From the NCBI RefSeq assembly GCF_964204645.1, contig NC_134031.1, forward strand, positions 434,001 to 498,000: a stretch of 64,000 bases of DNA, read 5' to 3'. This document shows positions 1 through 13,322 of the stretch, piece after piece. The stretch comes from Tubulanus polymorphus. Lineage: Eukaryota > Animalia > Nemertea. A model generated the notes under the pieces. The model saw only the letters and a program-made list of their open reading frames with translations. It did no database searches and was not told the DNA's origin. Position numbers and translations under genes: made by a program. Each line of letters starts with the position of its first letter. Position 1 is the first letter of the stretch.

Positions 1-149
1 ATCAAATGCACTGCAGCGAACCTGGTGGATCCTCGCTTGCCACAAGTGGAACCCTCGATTTCCACAGTAACGTTGGCAGTTCGCTGTTTCATATAACCTT
101 CACACAGACAAACACATGTAAATTACAATACATACGTTTTTATTTCCAG

Positions 150-3100
150 CCCTTGAAACAAGAGCGCGTGAGTATCAACAGAAATAGAAACTCGATACCT
201 AAATCTATTGTTCGTCTTGAAAGAGATATTTAATTGTTAATTGATTAGTTATAAACGGCGACGGTTTTATATATTTCAGATGAAGGATCAGATTGGGGTT
301 ACTCGGAACACGGTGCAGGTATGATTCAGACCTACGTACCTCCTGCAGCTTACCCGCCTTACCCCCCCCCCCCCCCCACATGGAATGAGAATTGCATATT
401 ATGAAACTATCTGTATTTCAGGAAAAATTTAGAATCAATTTTCGCTATACTCTTGATAATATACCGATTATTTTCTTTCTGTCACTGAAAATTTGAGATT
501 GAATTCTGGCTCAAAAGGTGGTGGAGTTTTGAAATTGAAGGTGGGTGGGGGCGGGGGTGGGGGCGGGGGCTGATCAAATTCGTGTTCCACAGTCAGTTTG
601 AATTTGATTCTACGATTCAAGGATGAACAAATTTAACAAGCCGAGAAAAGTTTAATCAGGTCCTGATTCTGATGTTGATTTTTGAACAGATTGGAAAATT
701 GGTCAGTGTATATCAACAAAACGACAATCCCCAATCATTCTCGATCCACAATCAGCTTGTTGTAATAAAGATCTTCATAAAGTGAACGTCACCGGAATCA
801 ATACGGAATTAGAAATCACGGCTGCTAATAACGGACATGCCTGTAAGTATTATACACATAATAATAACGGATAATTATTCACATAATTATTATTGATTTA
901 TTTATCATACATATATACATATCTATAGATGCATCATTTGATATTCCTTTAATAAATTATTAGGTATATCAGTAATATCAATATTAATATCAATTCATTA
1001 TAATATTTCACATAGATGTTAAAGTATCAGGCCCCAGGTGCACCAGGTTGTGGTTTAATTCCTGAAATTGTCTCAACTCTTGAGACTGATGTTAAATCGT
1101 TAGATCGGTTATAGAACCAAAATGAGTTTAGACTGGTCTTAAGTTATTAGATTGGTTATGGAAATATGACGGTGTTCGACTGGTCTGAAATCTAAGCCTT
1201 ATACCCTCTCTTATACCCTGTTTTCCCACAAGAACGGATATAAAACAATGAAGCCCTGAATGCAGTCATAAAATCTCAGGCATATAATCAGTATGAGAAA
1301 TAATTATTAACCGTTGAATTTATCTGTGTTTTATTCTGTGCTAATATTTTTCAGTAATAATGAAAGGAAAGTCTGGGTCAATGAATGCGGTTAGAGTCGA
1401 TCTATCAAAAACGACCAATGAGAAAGATTCGACGGCTAAGTATTTTCTGAGTCAGTTTCATATGCACTGGAAGGCCAGCGGTACAAGTTTACAAGGCTCC
1501 GAACATAAACTTGACGGCAAATTCTACGACGCTGAGGTATGCTACAGATTAATATTCTATTCTAGAGTGGAATTCTTATCAATAAGAGGTTTTACTGCCG
1601 CGATATCCGCCTTATATTTCGGATCGAGATTAGTTACTAACAACGACCTTCTCATTCTCAATAACTTCAGTAAAATTATGATTAGTTTCTAACAACGACC
1701 TTCTCAATCTCAGCGACTTCAACTATTCAGTACAATTCTAATTAGTAACTAATAACTAATCTGTGTTTATTTGATAATCAGTTAATGATGTTTCTATTGG
1801 CGGTGAATTTTGCTATTTTCTATGTGATGTAAAGTTACACATGGTAATGCAAACATCAAGTGCAGTTGACGATATATTCGCAGTTCTAGGTTTCTTAGTC
1901 GATGCAAGCGGAACCACAGATGTAAGTTTGTCTGAAATCGAGTTCACGCGAACCCAGTTTCACAGCTGTGATTCTTACTTTACTCAACGATTAAAACAAT
2001 GGAAATTATTTGATTTTTGATGGAAACGTGAAACCTGAACTAATTAGCCTTCCCCGAACCCTATTGCGCAGTTAATCGGCTTGACTTAAATTGATTTATT
2101 TCCAATGTTTTAAACTGTTAAATTGTAACCGTGAACACTGTAAAACTGAGTTAATATGCTTCAATGTTGACACATAATTTACCTCGTCACACGTGACTAC
2201 TGTTGATTGAGTGATACAAAACTAGAATTTTATCTGTTTGTTAGAAATATAAGAATTATTTTCATAAATCATTTTCATATGGTGACTTTTCAGAACAAAG
2301 AATTTCAGAAGATTCTCGGTGTCGGGCTGTCAACTCTGAAAGAAAACGGTCAGTCAAAATATTTCATCTCATCAAAGTCTTATTTCGATTTAAAGCAAAA
2401 TTCTGTAAATTCGCTCTTTTGATAGTTCGAATTCTATATGGTTCGAGTCCCGGTTTCAACAATCGACCTCCCGGACTCGTGTGGGCGTGGGAAGGACGCA
2501 ATAAATAAATAAAGATTAAATGAAAATATGTTTATACGATGTCTATGAAATCTACTGGATCTACTGACTGTATTCTAATGAAATTATTGCAGACTTACCT
2601 TTGAAACGATTTCAGAAAGTAAAGATGTGAACGGTAAATTCAGTTTGTCTCGGTTTATCGGGTTTAATGACGCGGATTATGAGAATTATTATCGATATGA
2701 AGGAAGTTTGACGACTCCACCTTGTTCCGAACAGGTGAAGTGGACTGTATTCCATAAACCAATCGTCATCAGTAAAAGTCAGGTAACGGCATTTCTGTAA
2801 TTCCACTGCTGTCAGTTTAAATATCGAGATTTGAATTTGATTTAATAATATAGTTCAAAAATCAACAGTCGAAACTGGACTTGAGAATCGATACGTTCAC
2901 AATAGTCATTAGTCATTAGTCATTAGTCATTAGTCGTAAGTCATTAGTCATTAGTCATACGATTGATCAGAAAATCTCGTTATAGTTGGATAAATTGAGG
3001 AGTTTACCAGTAATTGGTAAAATGGACAACTGGAGGACGGCTAAACCCGCGCAGCCACAACACAAGCTTACTACTACAAATAGCAAGACTACATTCTGTG

Positions 3101-3216
3101 AACTGCCTCCTCTACCGGTGCGGTTTCAAACATTCGTATCATTCACTCGAATATTTCAGAGGAAAAAATTGAATTTATTCAAATCTATATTTTTCAGAGT
3201 TCGTGAAACATGGTGA
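150..3216 (+). CDS. Alpha-carbonic anhydrase, 5'-partial. Exons 150-167, 280-318, 690-842, 1355-1536, 1835-1921, 2294-2348, 2616-2782, 2986-~3216 (a small extra intron 3118-3197 is possible)
   Basis: Spliced translation gives WGY, RQSPI, NNGHA, QFHMHW, GSEH, AE|[26 protein letters not shown] and DNWR. All three Zn-binding His and the Thr199-equivalent are intact. GT-AG boundaries are phase-compatible. Confidence 0.93.
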
Positions 3217-3366
3217 CATTTTCGGTGGAGGGAGGTTTAAAACCTACAGCCTCGATTCCCTGGGCCTCATTTCCTCGACTGGATTCCCTGAGCCTCCTGT
3301 ACCCCGCATCCCCTCAGCATGAATCCCTAGAGCATTGAATGTTTTATCATCTATTTCAAATCCAAT

Positions 3367-6300
3367 TCAGTTGAATACGATTGAGAACACAAAAGTCACA
3401 GTGATAACTGAAACCCCGGCGGAAAGTTGTACAGTTTTTGAATGACTGGCCGCCGCAGTGTTTATTCGAGATTTCTTCAACCAGTTATTGATATACGCGT
3501 CAACTACATTCAGCGGCGCTGGTCCAACGTTCATTATTTGTTCATGAAAATCCCGTATGTCAAAATCTTCCCCTGCAGAAAAAAATAGTTAATTTACAAC
3601 ATCTTCAATCAAATAGAATAAAACATAGAAAGAATTTCAAATTGTTCTACATTGAATAATTTCTTTTTTCGGGATCCAGTTCCACAGTTGTGAGTTAGAG
3701 TTAACTCTGAACTCAGGATCCAGTTCCACAGTTGTGAGTTAGAGTTAACTCTGAACTGAGGATCCAGTTCCACAGTTGTGAGTTAGAGTTAACTGTGAAC
3801 TGAGGATCCAGTTCCACAGTTGTGAGTTAGAGTTAACTCTGAACTGAGGATCCAGTTCCACAGTTGTGAGTTAGAGTTAACTCTGAACTGAGGATCCAGT
3901 TCCACAGTTGTGAGTTAGAGTTAACTCTGAACTCAGGATCCAGTTCCACAGTTGAGAGTTAACTTCGAATAAGTTCATTTTTATTGAATTGACTCAGAGT
4001 CAAATCTTCAGATTCAGCAACTAATGGAACTGGGTCCTGTTTGTTTTCGGTGTGGACTTATTATTTTTATTACCCAATATTGCCTCAGCTTTTTCCCGAA
4101 GTTCCATGATTTTCATTTTACCAATAATATACGCACAGGCCTGTAAAATATCACAATCAAACCGCCATGAAACTAACAGTTGAAAAATCGCTTTATCTAA
4201 GAGAGAATGACAGCGGTTTTAACTTCTAACTTTTTGCATTTCAAATGTAACAGTTGTATTAGAATTAACATTATACATTCGGATGGTATTTGATACTTAC
4301 GGATGATATTTGATACTTACCTGTCCAGGCCAGGCTATATAACGGTTGATTTCATTTTCTATTTGAGATTGCGGTAAAGTTGTATAATTTCTCAAATATT
4401 CCACACCTTGTTCCCGCGACCAACTGTGGAAATAGAAAACGTTGATAGTGGATACTGTGGAATCTCGTTCAACGAATTTCAGGAGACCAGAAAATCAGTT
4501 CGAACTGTCAGAGGTGAACCAGGATCCAGCTTCACAGTTCACAACCCAGTTCCACAGTTCTGGACCCAGTTCCACAGATCTGGACCCAGTTCCACAGTTC
4601 TGGACCCAGTTCCACAGTTCTGGACCCAGTTCCACAGTTCTGAACCCAGTTCCACAGTTCTGGACCCAGTGCCACAGTTCTGGACCCAGTTCCACAGTTC
4701 TGGACCCAGTTCCACAGTTCTGGACCTAGTTCCACAGTTCTGGACCCAGTTCCACAGTTCTGGACCCAGTTCCACAGTTCTGGACCCAGCTCCACAGTTG
4801 TGGACCCAGTTCCACAGTTGTGGACCCAGTTCCACAGTTCTGGACCCAGTTCCACAGTTCTGGACCCAGTTCCACAGTTCTGGACCCAGTTCCACTGTTC
4901 AGGACCCAGTTCCACAGTTCTGGACCCAGTTCCACAGTTCTGGACCCAGTTCTAGGCCCTGTTCTCATTATGTAACCAATGGAATGATATCCGAGGATAT
5001 AATTTTAGATACGAACAAAGAAGTAAAGGCTCACAGTGAGCTTTGTTAGAATTGAGATAATTCCTACCCTTGTGCGTGGATACCAGTGTCTACCACTAGT
5101 CGCGCAGCTCTGTGTAACATTGACGAATATAAACCAAACCTTAACAAACAAATAATCAGAGCATGCACAGAATTCATTTACTCATTTGAAAATGCTTTTT
5201 GATACACGATCTCGCGGAGAAGACATTACCTGGAGTAGGGGACTGTATCGTACATTCCTAGTTCGTTACCTAGTGTCTCAGCATACATCGCCCAACCCTA
5301 TACAGATTAAGAAAATATAAGAAAACTAACATTTATCTCTTTTGTGGTAATTTCAATTCTGGCTTTTTTAAATTCATTATGAAATAAAATTTGATAAGAA
5401 AGTTATATAAGAAATTTCATTTTTGTATATTTTCCTCAATGTTTAATAAACATCTTACCTCAGTGTATGTGGTTTGGAATGGCCAGTTAAATGGTACCGC
5501 GTAATATTTCCTATATTCTATCAGTCGACGGAATAATGGCAGACTATTTTGAATCGCAAAAGACGTCTGAAAAATATGCAAAAATCGTGTTCAAAAACAA
5601 ACCGTAAAACAATTTCTTAGAAGAAACGGCCAATATTGCGAGTTAGGACCTGAGAATGATGTCCCGGTTCAGACTCGTGAAGTGCTAAAGCGACCATGTT
5701 GAATTTGGGTCTGAAAAATGAGGAAAAAATTAATCATAAGAAAATCGAGATTAAATGTATAGGTTTGAATGTGTTCAGTTGAGCGAGTCGACCTTCTGTT
5801 CGGTTGGTAAACATTAGCCTTGAATATACCGGGTCTACTGCCATCTAGCGGCGGTTCCGAGTACCGACCTGTAGGCCCGTTATTATTAGGATTAATTTCA
5901 ACTCTGAAAAAAATGAATTATCGAAATTATTCACAAAAACAGTAAAATATATTCAGTTAAATCGTAACTTATTAATGAAAAATGGAAATAAGAGGACAAT
6001 TGAAATGTATTATTTTGGTTCAGTTTTACCATTGTAAAACTCTCAGGGTCCCGGTTTTATCCCCCCTCCCCCAGCCCGCTGTTCTACCACCCTCCCCCAG
6101 CCCGCTGTTCTACCACCCTCCCCCAGCCCGCTGTTCTACCACCCTCCCCCAGCCCGCTGTTCTACCACCCTCCCCCAGCCCGCTGTTCTACCACCCTCCC
6201 CCAGCCCGCTGTTCTACCACCCTCCCCCAGCCCGCTGTTCTACCATCCTCCCCCAGCCCGCTGTTCTACCACCCTCCCCCAGCCCGCTGTTCTACCACCC

Positions 6301-9300
6301 TCCCCCAGCCCGCTGTTCTACCACCCTCCCCCAGCCCGCTGTTCTACCACCCTCCCCCAGCCCGCTGTTCTACCACCCTCCCCCAGCCCGCTGTTCTACC
6401 ATCCTCCCCCAGCCCGCTGTTCTACCACCCTCCCCCAGCCCGCGGTTCTACCACCCTCCCCCAGCCCGCTGTTCTACCACCCTCCCCCAGCCCGCTGTTC
6501 TACCACCCTCCCCCAGCCCGCTGTTCTACCACCCTCCCCCAGCCCGCTGTTCTACCACCCTCCCCCAGCCCGCTGTTCTACCACCCTCCCCCAGCCCGCT
6601 GTTCTACCACCCTCCCCCAGCCCGCTGTTCTACCATCCTCCCCCAGCCCGCTGTTCTACCACCCTCCCCCAGCCCGCGGTTCTACCACCCTCCCCCAGCC
6701 CGCTGTTCTACCACCCTCCCCCAGCCCGCTGTTCTACCCCCCGACCCCCGCAGTTTACCTGATCGGAACCGTCGTCTTCTTCCAGAAAACTTTTCCCAAT
6801 TTCTGTTGCACGTTTTTGATAATCTTTCGGTATCCCTCTATTAACTGACTCTGAAACCAAATCACACCAATAAAATAAATCAATCAACTATACTGACGTT
6901 AACCAGGCGGTCACGTGACACTTACTTTAGTCCGATAGAAATTCTCCGGTTTTGACAGCAATAGATTTTTATATTCAGAGATACTTCCGGTAAAACCGTC
7001 TTCAAGCATCATCTGAAAACGAGGCAGTAGAATTTCGAAAATTGTATTTGAATTCGATTCGAATGAAATGAAATAAAATATAATTCAACAATAGATTCAG
7101 CAAAAGATGAAAAGATCTTTATATTTATGTTTCGATCCACGTTTAATTAAAGACTAGTAAATAACTAGCGATCAGTATTGTGGGATTTCTCTCATATCTA
7201 AGTCAACACGGATATCGTGTATCTCCACCACTTACAATTTATTCCGCTCCCAGTTGCTATAAAACTTACTTTTGATATTTTTGATTCGATATTTTTTATT
7301 TCTTGTTGCCCTTTCACGTGTAACTGTTCCGGTGTTAGATCGACGCTAAGGTGCCATTTTAAACAGGCTTTATAGTAAGCTATACCATCCGGAAGTGACG
7401 ACACGGCTATATCAGTCCGTAACTTCAATGAATAGTCCTGTAAATAGGTGTTGTAGATATCACGTATCGCTGGTCTCACTTCTTCATTGATCGTACGTAA
7501 ACCAACAGATTGTAAATAACTTCTGTAAATACAATATTAGAATTCACAGGTTGAACTTGGATCTGGTTTTTATGAAGATGTAATGGCGATGACTCGAACC
7601 TGTTCGCTGCGCTGATCGTATTTGGAATGTCTCTAAACGGTTTATAAAAGAATGAATCTTCTGCGTTCGTGTTTAAAATCCGTTCTAGTTTTTGCTGAAC
7701 TCCTGTCTGAAATATATATAGTTTATTTTTTAATAGCCCGAGAATCCGGTTGAACATTCGTGACTTAGTCTAAACGCGTTCTTAGATCAAGGCCTTAAGT
7801 TGGTACAAGTCCTATATGCTTAGACTGGTCTTAGCTCAAAGCTTCGATAGTATTCTGTAACTAGTTCCACAGTTCTCCACATTGCAATAATATGATAGAA
7901 TCCCACAATACAAAAAAAACAAAGTCCAATATATTTCCTTGAGCTAGTGTAGTTTGGGTAACCTTTCGTAATAGTCAACTTCAGGAATACTGCATTCCTT
8001 GAGCCAGTAATTTAGGTAACCTTTCGACTATATCCTAATAGTCATCTTCAGGAATACTGCATTCCTTGAGCCAGTAGTTTAGGTAACCTTTCGACGATAT
8101 CCTATAGTCATCTTCAACTCGTTTTAATTATTTGTATTTCGGATCACTTTGCCGCAGTTTCATTTCACAACACGGACTCAAGAATCAGTTTCAAGTTACA
8201 AATAAACCTACTCAGTGAACTACAGAGTCTGATTGAACTTACAACTGGTTCCTATATTCTATACTAATGAAGTGCATAATTACCATAGCTGAAACGTGGT
8301 TTGTAGTTGCGCGACGAATTGCGATCTGCCAAAATCTCTTTATTTCTGATAACTATTTAATCGAAAATATAAATGAATTTTATAATAAACGCTTATTTTG
8401 TAATTAAATGATAGATATCTGTAAAATTCGTACGGATTATTGTTAAGCACCTGTTGGGGAAGTTTACGAAGGCGTTTTATTAATTTCTGATAATCGTCCA
8501 TATTTCTAAACTTCATCCACGATATTAGACTCGACCAGTCAGATAGAGGAGTGTCCATGCTGTTCCACGGGTTCATAGCTCCGTATCTTAACAAACAACA
8601 ATAACATCACCATTGTAATTCATTTACAGCATTTATATTCAAATTATTTAATTTCAAATGATCATGAATTGATTCTAGAATTAGATCAGTTTTATAGAAA
8701 TCCAAATTTGAAACCAATAGTATAGTTATAGGGGGGTTCTGGCAAAGCTAACTTGGGCTAACTATTGAGCTAACTATTGAGCTAACTATTGAGCTAATGT
8801 GGGCCCACAAACATAGACCATAAGAACGAATTCCCATCCACTTGAATTAGCCCAATTGTGAACTTCCTTTTCAACATTCCATTGTAAAATGACCATCCCT
8901 TTGTTCATAACGATACCACCGCAATCTGTTTAGAGTATGAAAAACGTAAGCTTGTATGAACTAACTAAGCATTGGCTCAATGTTAGCTCAGCTCATATTA
9001 CCTCTTAATATAAGCTCATATTAGCTCAATGTTAGCTCAATATTTAACCCAAGTTAGCTCAATAGTTAGCCCAAGTTAGCTCAATAGTTAGCCCAAGTTA
9101 GCCCAATAGTTAGCCCAAGTTAGCTCAATATTTAGCCCAAGTTAGCTGTGCCAGAACCCCCTATAACTATACTACTGAATCATACATAGTCTAACAATTA
9201 TCTATTTATTCTTACTCTCTGAATTGATATCCCATTAAAAACGTCTGTAGTAGATCAGTGAGTATAGCCAAACTGGTGGCTCTTTTACTGTCTAATTTAG

Positions 9301-10127
9301 TGTCGTCGATTGTAAGCGCCGTTTTCAAAAACGAGTCAGCTTGTTTCTGTAAAATAAACCCCCAGTTACAAATGACTTCCTTACAGCTGCGATAACACGC
9401 ACTTACACCTGGAGTAGGTAAGCTGATTACTCACCTTTCTGCGATCGAAGGCAAGTAGAGTGAATTCCTCAACCTCAGAATCGCGATCGTGAAGTCCATA
9501 TTTCGTACCGAACTCGGGGCTTTCTTTCAGGCGCCAATCCCAAAATTTCGTGATCAAATCGTCAATTTTAGCCGTTTCTAAACCGGATTCAACTGTAGAA
9601 GAATTTACCCAATCTGTACAAATCGACTTCTATTCAATGAATATTCTGATTGAATTGTGTAACTTATAAATTCCAACCCAGATGTAATAGGTGTTACTTG
9701 GAAAAGCCTTCAACAGGCAGGCCAAAAACCATTGTCTTATCATACTGAGTAAGACAGATGCGGTTAGTTTGTACGGGTCTCGCTAAACAACATTAGCCTA
9801 TAGCCGCGATCACACGGAGGCGATTTGACCCGTGTCACATTTGTGTGATCGCGGCTGGGATTGACACCAATGGTTGAACCTTGAACTAAACACATGTCAA
9901 ATGATCACTGTGAAGGTTTTTACAGTCAGATCTAAGACATTCTTGATTCTATAGACGATCGGTCTCAGTCTGACCACTTCATTTAACACCATAAACACCT
10001 GCACTTTAAGACCTAAACCACAACTGTGCGACCGGGCCAAGTATCAATTACCTGTTGATCCAGAAGATTCCTTTACAATAAGAAGACATATAATCGGAAA
10101 TATTGAGGTAGTAATCCGGTGGTTCAT
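3367..10127 (-). CDS. DUF885-family protein (putative secreted or GPI-anchored zinc metallopeptidase-like), roughly 18 exons
   Basis: Signal-peptide-like exon 1 (MNHRITTSIFPIICLLIVKESSG, 10127-10052). Motifs FWDWRLKESPEF, LPDGIAYYKACLKWH, DGSRPGIF, ALHESEPGHHSQ, YTE|GWAMYAE, RAARLVVDTGIH, EINRYIAWPGQ|ACAY and FDIRDFHEQI. Hydrophobic C-terminus ends at TGA 3369-3367. Confidence 0.9.
3672..4037. repeat. Family-A MITE whose left end is expanded into ~6.5 tandem 44-bp units
   Basis: Unit ggatccagttccacagttgtgagttagagttaactctgaact(c/g)a, followed by MITE core and right end ggaactgggtcc. Confidence 0.9.
4521..4952. repeat. 20-bp minisatellite (ggacccagttccacagttct)n, ~21 copies, derived from the family-A MITE terminal repeat
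   Basis: Direct tandem repeats; they explain ORFs 4408-5049 and overlapping ORFs. Confidence 0.95.
6062..6737. repeat. 22-bp C-rich minisatellite (ccctcccccagcccgctgttctacca-type), ~30 copies, intronic
   Basis: Direct tandem repeats; G-rich on the transcribed (-) strand. Confidence 0.95.
8718..9174. mobile_element. TA-flanked MITE with long TIRs and subterminal 10/20-bp repeats
   Basis: tagtatagttatagggg(g)gttctggc...gccagaaccccctataactatacta; inner gctaactattga / tcaatagttagc repeats in inverted orientation. Confidence 0.85.
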
Positions 10128-11347
10128 CTTTCAGTTCGGTTTGAGCGCGCGCGTCTGTTATCAGGATACGTCGTCTTTATCACACACTACATCAAAAACT
10201 AAGTTAATAAAATAGCGTAATTAATGTTTATATGTTAAACTAACACATCCTAGTTCGTATCGGCGGTGGTGTATGACAATATAGTTATACAAATATAAAC
10301 CAGGTTAAATCTAAATCGGGTTTAAACATTATTCATTCATATACACGTACCGGGGGAAAAAAGTTATTTCCCCCTTTACTGATAGCGAGAGATAAAGACT
10401 ACTAATAATACCTGGTAAAATACCTGATAATATACATCATATATCAATATTGAAAATGATAAGTTTCAGATATGATATACTTACCTATTCTATATATACC
10501 GCACTAGTGTAAGCTGTTATCCCCGCTGAGAATCCTACAACTTACCGTACGATCATCTGTCTTACACAAACCCCCCAAACATAACTTACTTACATCACAC
10601 GCGGAATAACTCTCTCTACCTCCTCCACTTCACATACCTCTCTCCCTCATCTCTGTAACTCGTTGTTTTATTATTTGTTTAAATCATGTTGACACCTGTT
10701 TAGTTTTTATTTTATTGTAGGTTTAGTTGTGGGTCGTTAACCTTGGTATAGTGTGTGTAAGCACAGGTGAGATATCAATCTCAATCTCTCTTTACACGCA
10801 CTGAGGAACTAAGGGCAGTAGAAACTGATCCTCGAAATATTCACTATACCATCTGAAAAATTGATGATCTGATTGATGATTATCATCAGATTTCTGTCCC
10901 CGTGAACCTTATGTCACAATCGGGTAATTACGGTGGTATCTTAAATTCCATCGTTTTCCAATCTAAGTTTTTACTTCGAAATTTAAAAATAACGACTTTT
11001 CGACTTTTATATTTACGTAAAATACTATTTATCATTTGTATCTCTCTCAGCCGTTTTGATGATCCAGATATGAATACAATTTTCAGTTGCAGTTTATGTG
11101 TTGTTTACCCTTAGGTCATGTACTGTACTGAATAGGTTTTTTTCTACATAAATGCTACACAGTTATGATCTAAAAAAAAACTTAAATCCAAAAATGCAAT
11201 TTTTCTAATGGGATATTTGAGAAAATTATTTCATCAATTATGGTTGATGCGGATTTTAGTTCGGGGCTCTTTCTTGTTGTGATACATTAAAAGCAAGGTC
11301 AGATTGTTACTTGTTTGTATTTTTGAGTTGCCAACAGAAAGTTCAAC

Positions 11348-13322
11348 ATGTTTCTAGCGCGGATCTGCTTCATATGCCTTATACTATCAAAAGGTAAGCC
11401 GAAACATTATTCAGGTATAGTTAACTGTATTCGACGTAATTTCGACAATCTTTGTAACGTTTCTGATCGGTTTAAGGGGCACATTTTGAACATAAAAACT
11501 AATCGTTGGTATGTTTTGAGAGCCGTTTGCTTCTAGAAAGTAAATTATTCCACACAAAAATGCAATTCATCTTCTTGGTTTTTCGTTGGTCTCAATTATA
11601 CTGAAGTCCTATTTTTTGAGTGGATAATTTAAAAAAGATACAATCGCTAAACAGTCGCCTGTATCAGAAAAAATATCAAGAATACGAGAAGAACGAGCTC
11701 TGGCAATCTACCTCTTTGAACCGTAAGGTGCTGCCGCTATGCTTATCGTTAGCGGATTTCTCATACACTATCATGAATCGTCTCTGGTAGTCGAGATATG
11801 CTGCCCAGTCATCGGTAAATCAACTTGCCAGAGTCGATTCGTGTTAGTGTTTGAAAATTCCGCTAACGATAAGCATAGCGGCAGCACCGTACGGTGTAAA
11901 CAGCGCTGGGTTGTCACTCGCGGGCCCGGACCCCGGCTTCGCGTAATACCAGGCCCATTATCACAAAACAGACCTCTTCCCGCGACTAAATAGCTAAGAA
12001 ATTTTTAACGTTTGAACTAATATTCAAATAATGCGTATTCTTAATAAAATCTAAATATTTTCTCATTGTAATTATTTGGTCGAATGGACGGTTGTTTGTT
12101 TTTAGGCAAGAATCATTACTCGTGTTTTGAAGCTAATGTACGGCAGTATTTCACACCTTTCACTGATCTCTCATCAGCCGAAAATAGCGTCTCTTTCTAC
12201 CCAAAAGAACAATCTTCATTTCTATCAGCGATCGCTGAGTGCGTCGATCACTGTCGCGATATAGAACTGAACGCATGGTTGATCGCCGAGGGTATCAGCG
12301 ATCAGATCATACCGACTGGAGATTTTCGATGTTTCTGTACACGAAATATACCGATGGATATTCGAACCGATGAGGAATCATTACCGCCGAACGTGAGAGG
12401 GTTCTTCGCGTCGTCACCATACCGACCTCGGCGTCCGATCGACACAGGTATGTCACCATCCTGCATACCATAGCAACCTGCAACTGAGATATTGCCATGG
12501 TAACTCGCTGTTAACATATTGCAATGGACATGTAATAGAAAAAGACAGGTTGTTGTCAGGTCTTTTTTTAAAATCCATTTTAGCATTACAATATACTTGT
12601 ATTTTGAGTGAATGTTATTTATTTTGACAGAATGGAACACTTTTGATGGTTTGCGGGTAACATGTGAAGGGTCTCCTATAAGACAGTTTTCGCTAAAGGA
12701 ACGATCCGTCGATGTGATGAGAATATGTAATCAGATTCCTAATTGTCGCGTGGTGCGCGTTATTCGCGCAGAAACTGTCGCATATTACTCTGATGAAGGA
12801 AAATGTGTAGCGTTAGACGTGCGACACGGGGTCTACGTCACACGCGTGAAACAGACTGTAATAAGAGGTATGTACAAGTGTGGTCTTATATCGCATTCTG
12901 AATTTTGAAAAAAATGTCTGAGTCACCGGCGTCCAAGATTGAAATCCAAAATGCAAAACTAAAATGTGACTGGTCTGAAAGCGAAGTTGGCCCCAAATAT
13001 AATTGTTACAAGTATTTCGACTTAAAACTATCAGAATTGATATCTATTTATTTATCACTAGTTTGTTTACGTATCATTTCTATCCATATATTGAACAGGT
13101 TCGTGGTTCTCTGTTAAACGGGATTCCACTGCGAGTTCATCTGATGTCATGTTATCCTGCGCGGCCCAATGCGCCAGCTCGGACCGGTGTCAGTCGGCTG
13201 CTATTGATACCGATAGACAGCCGCAATGCGCATTGAACACAGGCCCAAACACAGACACGACAGCGACGACGATTCAAATGAAGAAGATTCAACGAGAGTT
13301 CAAACCCAACGTACCTCGTTAG
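11348..13322 (+). CDS. Unrecognised secreted cysteine-rich protein (PAN/apple- or WSC-like Cys spacing). Exons 11348-11393, 12106-12447, 12630-12867 (approx.), 13099-13322
   Basis: Signal-like MFLARICFICLILSK|G. All three introns are phase 1 with GT-AG ends. Cys modules ECVDHC..FRCFC, CNQIPNC..C and CAAQCASSDRC..C. TAG at 13320-13322. Confidence 0.75.
11721..11894. mobile_element. Foldback/MITE-like inverted repeat (~75-bp arms) in intron 1
   Basis: ccgtaaggtgctgccgctatgcttatcgttagcgga ... tccgctaacgataagcatagcggcagcaccgtacgg. Confidence 0.85.

Noticed and set aside
4408-6848. ORFs of 213 aa and 288 aa with repeated peptides
   Set aside because: They are translations of the 20-bp and 22-bp intronic minisatellites, open in several frames.
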